DNA of 35,292 nt from IMG/VR virus record IMGVR_UViG_2802429231_000009, one strand, 5' to 3'. The notes below the pieces were generated by a model, which saw only the letters and a program-made list of their open reading frames with translations, did not search any database and was not told the origin of the DNA. The position numbers and the translations under genes were made by a program. Positions within the stretch are counted from its first letter, which is position 1. Each line of letters begins with the position of its first letter. Source of the stretch: a virus (lineage: Duplodnaviria; Heunggongvirae; Uroviricota; Caudoviricetes). Shown in pieces: positions 27,355 to 35,292 of this stretch.

Positions 27355-30300
27355 TAATAACCTGCGGCTGCAGGTCATTCTTAATGCGGTTGACAAACTC
27401 ACCCGCCCATTCCGTGCTGCACAGGCCAGTTCGAAAGAGCTGGCTGGCGCAATCAGAAACTCCCGTGACGCATTAAAGCAACTCAATCAGGCGGGTAACA
27501 GCCTGGAAAAATTTCGCAAGCTGCAGGCTGATAACAAGAAGTTAGGCGACAGGCTGAACTATGCCAGACAGAAGGCTAATTTGCTTAGCTCTGAGCTGGA
27601 GGCGATGGAACAACCATCACAACGGCACCTTGTGGCTTTAGGTCGGCAAACGCTGGCAGTCCAACGCCTGGAAGAACAGCAAAAATATTTGCAGAAGCAA
27701 ACGGCGCTTGTGCGTGCAGAGCTGTACCGGGCGGGAATTTCTGCGAAAGATGATGCGGGAGCAACCGCCCGTTTAGCCCGTGAAACATCACGTTATAACC
27801 AGGAATTGTCGAAACAGGAGGCGCGGCTGAAGCGACTGGGGGAAGCTCAGCGCAGGATGAATGCAGCACGTGCCAGTTATGCCCGTTCGCTGGAGGTGCG
27901 CGATCGTATTGCAGGTGCCGGAGCCACCACCACGGCTGCAGGGCTGGCAATGGGCGCACCAGTGATGGCGGCAGTAAAAAGCTATACCAGCATGGAAGAT
28001 GCCATGAAAGGTGTGGCAAAGCAGGTCAATGGTCTGCGTGACGATAATGGCAACCGCACTGCACGTTTTTATGAAATGCAGGATGCCATCAAGGCTGCCA
28101 GCGAACAGTTGCCGATGGAAAACGGTGCGGTGGATTTCGCTGCACTGGTTGAAGGTGGTGCGCGCATGAACGTCGCAAACCCTGACGACAGCTGGGAAGA
28201 CCAGAAACGTGACCTGCTGGCCTTCGCCAGTACGGCAGCAAAGGCGGCAACAGCCTTTGAGCTGCCAGCGGATGAACTGTCAGAAAGTCTGGGGAAAATC
28301 GCCCAGCTCTACAAAATCCCTACCCGCAATATTGAACAGCTCGGTGATGCGCTGAACTATCTGGATGATAACGCCATGTCGAAAGGGGCAGATATCATTG
28401 ATGTCATGCAACGCCTGGGTGGTGTGGCTGATCGTCTGGATTATCGTAAAGCGGCGGCGCTGGGTTCCACCTTCCTGACACTGGGCGCTGCGCCAGAGGT
28501 TGCAGCCAGTGCAGCAAACGCGATGGTGCGTGAATTGTCCATTGCCACCATGCAAAGCAAGAGTTTCTTTGAAGGGATGAATCTGCTGAAACTCAATCCT
28601 GAAGTGATTGAAAAGCAGATGACGAAGGATGCGATGGGAACCATCCAGCGCGTGCTGGAGAAGGTGAACGCACTGCCGCAGGACAAGCGTCTGTCTGCCA
28701 TGACCATGTTGTTTGGTAAAGAGTTTGGTGATGACGCGGCGAAACTGGCAAACAACCTGCCGGAACTGCAGCGCCAGCTAAAACTGACAGCGGGCAATGA
28801 TGCGCTCGGCTCCATGCAGAAAGAATCCGACATTAACAAGGACTCACTTTCTGCGCAGTGGTTGCTGGTTAAAACCGGAGCGCAGAACACCTTCAGCAGC
28901 CTGGGCGAAACGCTGCGCCAGCCGCTGATGGATATTCTGTACATGGTGAAAAGCGTCACGGGAGCGTCGCGTCGTTGGGTGGAAGCTAACCCGGAACTGA
29001 CGGGCACACTGATGAAAGTAGCCGCTGTGGTGGCTGCCGTTACCGTGGGCCTCGGCACCTTAGCGGTGGCGCTGGCTGCAGTGCTGGGGCCGCTGGCAGT
29101 CATCCGTCTGGGGTTCTCTGTGCTGGGTATCAAAACGTTACCTTCCGTTACGGCAGCAGTAACCCGAACCAGCAGCGCGTTGTCCTGGCTGGCTGGCGCA
29201 CCACTGGCACTGCTGCGACGCGGGCTTGCTTCATCGGGCAACGCTGCGGGTTTACTTACTGCGCCGTTGTCGTCTTTGCGCCGCACGGCATCACTGACGG
29301 GAAATGTCCTGAAAACTGTAGCAGGTGCGCCGGTTGCACTTTTGCGGTCTGGATTATCCGGTTTACGTGCAGTTGCTGTGATGTTTATGAATCCACTGGC
29401 AGCACTACGCGGCGGGTTTGCTGCCGCAGGCGCGGTGCTGCGTGTGCTGGCATCCGGTTCGCTGGCGATGCTGCGCGTTGCCCTGTATGCCGTATCAGGT
29501 CTGTTAGGTGCTTTGCTCAGTCCGATAGGTCTTGTGGTTACTGCACTGGCGGGTGTGGCGCTGGTTGTCTGGAAATACTGGCAACCCATCACCGCATTTC
29601 TCGGTGGCGTGGTGGAAGGATTCAAAGCAGCGGCTGGTCCCATCAGTGCCGCATTCGAACCACTTAAGCCTGTGTTCCAGTGGATTGGAGACAAAGTGCA
29701 GGCGCTGTGGGGCTGGTTTACTGACCTGCTGACGCCTGTTAAGTCGACCTCTGCCGAACTGCAGAGTGCAGCGGCAATGGGGCGACGATTCGGGGAGGCA
29801 CTGGCGGAAGGGCTGAATATGGTCATGCATCCGCTGGACTCGCTGAAATCCGGCGTTTCCTGGTTGCTGGAGAAACTCGGCATTGTCAGTAAAGAGGCTG
29901 CAAAAGCGAAACTGCCGGAAAGCGTGACGCGTCAGCAACCTGCGACGGTGAATGCAGACGGTAAAGTGATGATGCCATCGGGTGGTTTTCCGTCATGGGG
30001 ATATGGCTTTGCGGGGATGTATGACAGCGGCGGGTATATCCCGCGCGGGCAGTTCGGCATTGTCGGTGAAAACGGGCCTGAAATTGTTAACGGTCCGGCA
30101 AACGTGACCAGCCGGAGAAATACAGCTGCACTGGCTGCGGTTGTTGCCGGAATGATGGGTGTTGCTGCCGCGCCAGCAGAGCTTCCACCGTTGCACCCTT
30201 TGGCACTTCCCGCGAAAGGCGGTGAAGCGATGGTGAGTCGCGCAGCTGCTGTGCCGCCCGTTCACCGGATTGAGGCACCGACGCAGATCATCATCCAGAC

Positions 30301-30424
30301 GCAGCCAGGACAAAGTGCGCAGGATATTGCGCGGGAGGTGGCACGCCAGCTTGATGAACGTGAACGCAGACTGAAGGCAAAGGCCAGGAGTAACTACAGC
30401 GATCAGGGGGGATACGACGCATGA
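27347..30424 (+). CDS. T: Tail tape measure protein (P2 gpT-like)
   Basis: 1025 aa, coiled-coil N-terminal half and Ala/Gly-rich hydrophobic repeats. Confidence 0.85.
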   Translation: MSDNNLRLQVILNAVDKLTRPFRAAQASSKELAGAIRNSRDALKQLNQAGNSLEKFRKLQADNKKLGDRLNYARQKANLLSSELEAMEQPSQRHLVALGRQTLAVQRLEEQQKYLQKQTALVRAELYRAGISAKDDAGATARLARETSRYNQELSKQEARLKRLGEAQRRMNAARASYARSLEVRDRIAGAGATTTAAGLAMGAPVMAAVKSYTSMEDAMKGVAKQVNGLRDDNGNRTARFYEMQDAIKAASEQLPMENGAVDFAALVEGGARMNVANPDDSWEDQKRDLLAFASTAAKAATAFELPADELSESLGKIAQLYKIPTRNIEQLGDALNYLDDNAMSKGADIIDVMQRLGGVADRLDYRKAAALGSTFLTLGAAPEVAASAANAMVRELSIATMQSKSFFEGMNLLKLNPEVIEKQMTKDAMGTIQRVLEKVNALPQDKRLSAMTMLFGKEFGDDAAKLANNLPELQRQLKLTAGNDALGSMQKESDINKDSLSAQWLLVKTGAQNTFSSLGETLRQPLMDILYMVKSVTGASRRWVEANPELTGTLMKVAAVVAAVTVGLGTLAVALAAVLGPLAVIRLGFSVLGIKTLPSVTAAVTRTSSALSWLAGAPLALLRRGLASSGNAAGLLTAPLSSLRRTASLTGNVLKTVAGAPVALLRSGLSGLRAVAVMFMNPLAALRGGFAAAGAVLRVLASGSLAMLRVALYAVSGLLGALLSPIGLVVTALAGVALVVWKYWQPITAFLGGVVEGFKAAAGPISAAFEPLKPVFQWIGDKVQALWGWFTDLLTPVKSTSAELQSAAAMGRRFGEALAEGLNMVMHPLDSLKSGVSWLLEKLGIVSKEAAKAKLPESVTRQQPATVNADGKVMMPSGGFPSWGYGFAGMYDSGGYIPRGQFGIVGENGPEIVNGPANVTSRRNTAALAAVVAGMMGVAAAPAELPPLHPLALPAKGGEAMVSRAAAVPPVHRIEAPTQIIIQTQPGQSAQDIAREVARQLDERERRLKAKARSNYSDQGGYDA

Positions 30425-30906
30425 TGATGGTGCTGGGATTGTACGTGTTTATGCTGCGCACCGTGCCGTATCAGGAGCTGCAGTATCAGCGCAGCTGGCG
30501 ACATGCGGCTAACAGCCGGGTTAACCGACGCCCGTCAACGCAGTTTCTGGGACCGGACAACGACGTGCTGACGCTTTCTGGTGTTCTTATGCCGGAGATA
30601 ACAGGCGGCAGGCTGTCGTTGCTGGCACTGGAGCAGATGGCAGAACAGGGGAAAGCATGGCCTCTGATTGAAGGCAGCGGCACGATTTACGGCATGTATG
30701 TGATTGAGGGACTGAATCAGACTAAAACGGAGTTTTTCCGCGACGGTATGCCGCGCCGGATTGAGTTCACCCTGTCGCTCAAACGGGTGGATGAATCCCT
30801 GTCCGATATGTTCGGTGATCTCAGTTCGCAGCTGAATAATCTGCAGGACACGGCAACATCTGCATTAAGCGATATCAGTAAAACGGTGGGAGGGCTGCTG
30901 TCGTGA
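30421..30906 (+). CDS. U: Tail protein U (P2 gpU-like)
   Basis: 161 aa; start overlaps T stop. Confidence 0.8.
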   Translation: MMMVLGLYVFMLRTVPYQELQYQRSWRHAANSRVNRRPSTQFLGPDNDVLTLSGVLMPEITGGRLSLLALEQMAEQGKAWPLIEGSGTIYGMYVIEGLNQTKTEFFRDGMPRRIEFTLSLKRVDESLSDMFGDLSSQLNNLQDTATSALSDISKTVGGLLS

Positions 30907-32003
30907 ATTTCAGCTCTGAACTGCTTAACAAAGGCAACAAAACTCCGGCATTCAGCATCAGTATTGAGGGCAGGGATATCACCACTGTGCTGGATAACCG
31001 CCTGATGAGTCTGACGCTGACGGACAATCGGGGCTTTGAAGCGGACCAGCTTGATCTGGAACTGGATGATGTCGACGGAAAAATCGTGCTGCCGCGCCGT
31101 GGTGCGGTCATTACGCTGGCGCTGGGGTGGAAGGGGCAGCCGCTTTTCCCGAAAGGGGCATTCACGGTGGATGAAATTGAACACACTGGTGCACCGGACC
31201 GCCTGACTATCCGGGCGCGAAGTGCTGATTTTCGGGAAACGCTGAATACCCGTCGTGAAAAATCGTGGCACAAGACCACAGTTGGGGAAGTGGTGAAGGA
31301 AATAGCCGCGCGTCACAAGCTGAAGATGGCACTGGGTAAAGACCTGTCGGATAAGCCCGTGGAACATATAGACCAGACTAATGAGAGTGACGGCAGTTTT
31401 CTGATGCGGCTGGCGCGCCAGTACGGTGCTATTGCGTCGGTGAAAAATGGCAATCTGTTATTCATTCGGCAGGGACAGGGTAAAAGTGCTAGCGGTAAAC
31501 CACTGCCGGTGATCACTATCACACGTAAGGACGGCGACAGTCACCGCTTTACCCTGGCAGATCGCGGAGCTTACACGGGCGTAATTGCCAGCTGGTTGCA
31601 TACCCGCGAACCCGCGAAGAAAGAAAGCACCACGGTGAAGCGTAAGCGCAGGACTAAGAAGCAGAAGAAAGAGCCGGAAGCGAAGCAGGGCGATTACCTG
31701 GTGGGTACGGATGAAAACGTGCTGGTACTCAATCGCACCTATGCCAACCGGAGTAACGCCGAACGGGCAGCGAAAATGCAGTGGGAACGCCTGCAACGCG
31801 GTGTTGCGTCATTCTCGCTACAACTGGCGGAAGGTCGGGCAGATCTCTACACGGAAATGCCTGTGAAGGTCAGTGGCTTTAAACAGCCAATAGATGATGC
31901 GGAATGGACCATTACCACCCTGACGCATACTGTCAGCCCGGATAACGGTTTTACGACCAGTCTGGAGCTTGAAGTGAAGATTGATGATTTCGAAATGGAA
32001 TGA
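30903..32003 (+). CDS. D: Tail protein D (P2 gpD-like)
   Basis: GTG start overlapping U stop; 366 aa. Confidence 0.8.
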   Translation: MNFSSELLNKGNKTPAFSISIEGRDITTVLDNRLMSLTLTDNRGFEADQLDLELDDVDGKIVLPRRGAVITLALGWKGQPLFPKGAFTVDEIEHTGAPDRLTIRARSADFRETLNTRREKSWHKTTVGEVVKEIAARHKLKMALGKDLSDKPVEHIDQTNESDGSFLMRLARQYGAIASVKNGNLLFIRQGQGKSASGKPLPVITITRKDGDSHRFTLADRGAYTGVIASWLHTREPAKKESTTVKRKRRTKKQKKEPEAKQGDYLVGTDENVLVLNRTYANRSNAERAAKMQWERLQRGVASFSLQLAEGRADLYTEMPVKVSGFKQPIDDAEWTITTLTHTVSPDNGFTTSLELEVKIDDFEME

Positions 32004-32093
32004 TTCTTCGCAATGGAGAACTTTTAAGTTTGCAAAATGGAATAATGCGGTATCATTATTGTGAATTTAGCAAAAATGGGGAGAACTCGAAAA

Positions 32094-32312
32094 ATGATGA
32101 TTTGCCCACTGTGTGGAAGTGCCGCCCATACTCGCAGCAGTTTTCAGGTATCTTCATTGACCAAAGAGCGTTACAACCAGTGCCAGAACATTAACTGCAG
32201 CCATACTTTTGTTACCCATGAAACTTTTGTTCGTTCGATTGCAACGCCAAAGGAGTCAAATCCGGTTCAGCCGCATCCAATGAAATCAGGACAGGTGGCG
32301 CTCTCACTTTGA
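32094..32312 (+). CDS. ogr: Ogr/Delta-family zinc-finger late gene activator
   Basis: MMICPLCGSAAHTRSS...KERYNQCQNINCSHTF... closely parallels P2 Ogr (MFHCPLCQHAAH...CQNVNCSATF) as I recall it; 72 aa. Confidence 0.85.
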   Translation: MMICPLCGSAAHTRSSFQVSSLTKERYNQCQNINCSHTFVTHETFVRSIATPKESNPVQPHPMKSGQVALSL

Positions 32313-32398
32313 CGCTGCCGCCATTTTGTCGCCATCGTTAAAAAACAGTGCTTCTAACATCATGATTTTAAACAGCATAAATCTCAGGCAACAAAAAA

Positions 32399-32435
32399 CC
32401 CATCAACCTTGAACCTAAATGGCGGGGTTGATGGG
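32399..32435. repeat. 10-bp perfect inverted repeat near prophage right boundary
   Basis: CCCATCAACC...17 bp...GGTTGATGGG between ogr and ybjL. Confidence 0.3.
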
Positions 32436-32547
32436 CTCCACAAAATGGGGACATCAAAGAAAAGCAGTGGCACTAATTAAGACTGATGCCCTGAGGAAAA
32501 GTTCTGCGATTGTGCAAAAAAATTTCATTTTCAGGGCAACTTCAGTT

Positions 32548-34233
32548 TTATCCTAATCCTGGCCATACCATGACGATGATTGTCCCTGCCAGCGTCAGCA
32601 GGACGTTGGCGATTGCATAGGTGCCCGCATAGCCCAGCGCCGGGATATTACTGCGTGCTGTATCGCTGATGATCTCCATTGCTGGCGCGCAGGTGCGTGC
32701 GCCCATCATTGCGCCGAACAACAGTGCGCGGTTCATTCGCAATACATAAGCACCGAACAAGAAACAGATAACCACTGGCACCAGACTGACAATCAATCCG
32801 GCAATCAACATCTGACCGCCAATCGCACCCAGTCCGTTATTAATACCGCTACCGGCGCTCAGACCAACGCCCGCCATAAACACCATTAAGCCGAATTCTT
32901 TCACCATGCTTAACGCACCCTGCGGAATGTAACCGAAGGTCGGGTGGTTAGCGCGCATAAAGCCCAGCATAATACCGGCGAATAACAACCCGGCAGCGTT
33001 CCCCATGCCGAAACTGAATGTGCTGAACTGGAAAGTGATCATCCCGATCATCAGCCCAATAACAAAGAAGGCGCAGAATGCCAGCAAGTCAGTGACCTGA
33101 CTGTGAATCGAGATAAAGCCGATGCGATCGGCGATGGTTTTTACGCGACGGGCATCGCCGCTGACTTGTAAAACGTCACCTTTGTTAAGCACGACGTTGT
33201 CATCTATCGGCATCTCAATCTGGCTACGAATGACGCGGTTAAGGAAGCAGCCGTGATCGGTCAACTTCAGTTGTGCGAGACGTTTGCCAACGGCATTATG
33301 GTTTTTAACGACCACTTCTTCAGTGACGATACGCATGTCGAGAAGGTCACGATCAAAAACCTCTTTGCCGTTACGGAAGCTGGGATCGAGTCGGGCGTGG
33401 GCGTCGGGATAGCCTACCAACGCTATTTCATCGCCCATTTGCAGCACGGCATCACCGTCTGGATTTGCCAGAATTCCGTTACGTCGAATACGCTCAATGT
33501 AGCAACCGGTTTGTCGATAAATACCCAGCTCACGCAGATTTTTGCCGTCGGTCCAGGCCACCAGCTCCGGGCCGACGCGGTAGGCGCGGATCACTGGTAA
33601 ATAAACCTTACGGTTGGCATCAGTATCCAGGCCACGTTCGCGGGCGATTTGCTGGGCGCTGGTCTGTAAGTCCTGATGCTGCAATTTCGGCAAGTAACGC
33701 GCCCCAACAATCAAACTCACCAGACCGATTAAATAGGTTAAGGCGTACCCGAGGCTCAGATTATCCAATGCCAGTGAGAGCTGTCTGCTTTCCATGCCGG
33801 AATGACGCAGTGTATCGCCAGCACCGACAAGAACCGGTGTCGACGTCATAGAGCCTGCTAACATACCGGCCGTCAGGCCAATATCCCAGCCAAACAGCTT
33901 ACCTAACCCTAAGGCTATCACCAGCGCACTGCCAACCATTACCAGTGCTAACATTAGGTAATTTTTCCCATCGCGAAAAAAAATGGAAAAAAAGTTCGGT
34001 CCGGCTTCGACCCCGACGCAGAAAATAAACAGCATAAAGCCAAGATTAAGCGCGTCGGTGTTAATGCTGAAATGTTGTTGGCCTAATAACAGCGATACGA
34101 CTAAAACACCAATGGAATTACCCAGTTGGATCGAACCAAGTCGTAATTTTCCGAGACATAGCCCAAGCGCGAGGACCACAAATAATAACAGAATGTAATT
34201 CCCATTTAACAATTCGGCGACGTTTATATTCAC
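32548..34233 (-). CDS. ybjL: Host putative AAE-family transporter YbjL
   Basis: 561-aa membrane protein; N-terminus [20 protein letters not shown] recognised as E. coli YbjL. Confidence 0.8.
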
Positions 34234-34502
34234 GGAGGCTAACTTCTTGTTTACTAGTAAGCTGTTGAAAGAAATGGTAATTTACGATAATGTTTCTTAC
34301 CAGAATTCAGGGCGCAGATTCATTCAGCGCACCTAAACGATAGTAAAGTAACAATATATTTTACTAGTGTAATCACATTAGGTATCAACGGCTATATGAA
34401 TTGCGTTGGCCTATATTAGCATGGAATGCGAAGCGGCTTTATCTTACTGAACGCCACACTGGCGAAAAATGTGTTCGATAGACGCAGTGTCAGGAGGAAC
34501 GA

Positions 34503-34880
34503 GTGAAACATAAACAACGTTGGGCAGGGGCAATCTGCTGTTTTGTCCTCTTCATTGTGGTGTGCCTTTTTCTGGCGACGCACATGAAAGGCGCTTTTCG
34601 GGCTGCCGGGCATCCTGAAATCGGCTTGCTGTTTTTCATTCTTCCTGGAGCCGTTGCCAGCTTCTTTTCACAGCGTAGAGAAGTCCTGAAACCTCTGTTT
34701 GGCGCAATGCTGGCGGCACCCTGTTCGATGCTCATCATGCGGCTGTTTTTTTCACCGACGCGCTCATTCTGGCAAGAGCTGGCATGGTTATTAAGTGCGG
34801 TGTTCTGGTGTGCGCTGGGGGCATTGTGTTTCTTATTTATCAGCAGCTTTTTTAAACCACAGCACAGAAAAAATCAATAA
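34503..34880 (+). CDS. ybjM: Host inner-membrane protein YbjM
   Basis: 125 aa, GTG start with AGGAGGA RBS, hydrophobic; position between ybjL and grxA. Confidence 0.7.
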   Translation: MKHKQRWAGAICCFVLFIVVCLFLATHMKGAFRAAGHPEIGLLFFILPGAVASFFSQRREVLKPLFGAMLAAPCSMLIMRLFFSPTRSFWQELAWLLSAVFWCALGALCFLFISSFFKPQHRKNQ

Positions 34881-34899
34881 AGCCCTCAACGGGAGGGCT
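34881..34899. terminator. Hairpin between convergent ybjM and grxA
   Basis: AGCCCTC-AACG-GGAGGGCT. Confidence 0.4.
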
Positions 34900-34909
34900 T
34901 GTCAGACGA

Positions 34910-35292
34910 TCAGGCGTCCAGATTCTCTTTCACCCATGCAGCAAAATCGGTATAGCCACCGATATGTTGCTGATCGACAAAAATCTGCGGCACGGTTTCT
35001 ACGGGTTTACCTGCCTTTTGTTGTAGATTTTCTTTAGTGATCCCTTCCGCACGAATATCTATACTCTAAATAATTCGAGTTGCAGGAAGGCGGCAAGCGA
35101 GTGAATCCCCAGTCACTTACATAAGTAAGTGACTGGGGTGAGCGAACGCAGTCGCAGCACATGCAACTTGAAGTATGACGAGTATACATACTGATACTGA
35201 AAATCATCGCGTTCATTGCTCAATTTCTCAGCCAGATCTTTTGCACGCACACAGTAAGGGCAACCCGGACGACCAAAAATAACGGTTTGCAT
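34910..35292 (-). pseudogene. grxA: Glutaredoxin 1 gene interrupted by an ERIC element
   Basis: Minus strand reads MQTVIFGRPGCPYCVRAKDLAEKLSNERDDFQYQYV, then a 125-bp insert with an in-frame stop, then DIRAEGITKE...WVKENLDA*. Start codon is the last 3 nt of the window. Confidence 0.65.
35059..35183. repeat. ERIC/IRU repetitive element (MITE-like imperfect palindrome)
   Basis: Contains GTGAATCCCCAG...ACATAAGTAAGTGACTGGGGTGAGCG matching the ERIC core, with imperfect terminal inverted repeats and TA flanks. Confidence 0.8.

Noticed and set aside
28441-29883. 480-aa minus-strand ORF
   Set aside because: Lies wholly antisense within the tape measure gene; Ala/Ser/Pro/Arg-rich low-complexity translation typical of a shadow ORF in GC-rich coding DNA.
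30717-31367. 216-aa minus-strand ORF
   Set aside because: Antisense to tail gene D.
33253-33851. Plus-strand ORFs of 115 and 128 aa
   Set aside because: Antisense within ybjL.
1-35292. CRISPR arrays, tRNA or rRNA genes
   Set aside because: No repeat-spacer periodicity and no tRNA- or rRNA-like segments were seen by eye; the integration target cannot be assigned.

Overview
The window holds an almost complete P2/186-family (Peduovirus-like) prophage of about 32.3 kb (int at 1 to ogr at 32312) followed by host genes that I recognise as ybjL, ybjM and grxA. All calls rest on reading the six-frame translations and the DNA by eye and on recalled family signatures; no searches or computations were run. 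The prophage has a 186-like, apparently SOS-inducible switch (int, cI, apl, cII, LexA box before a DinI-like gene), a coupled early operon (zinc-finger protein, ASCH-like ORF, Dam methylase, HUH replication initiase), and a full P2-order morphogenesis and lysis set with three TGT-N12-ACA late-promoter sites and the E/E' slippery site. The main candidate for an undescribed system is an AT-rich three-gene operon (8821-10028) between a cos-like site and the portal gene, whose third gene looks like a SecB-like chaperone, suggesting a toxin-antitoxin-chaperone-type module. A second AT-rich cargo gene (23721-24593) sits at the P2 Z/fun position between remnants of a tail-fibre inversion switch. An ERIC element appears inserted inside the grxA coding sequence. 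attL lies outside the window and attR could not be localised.
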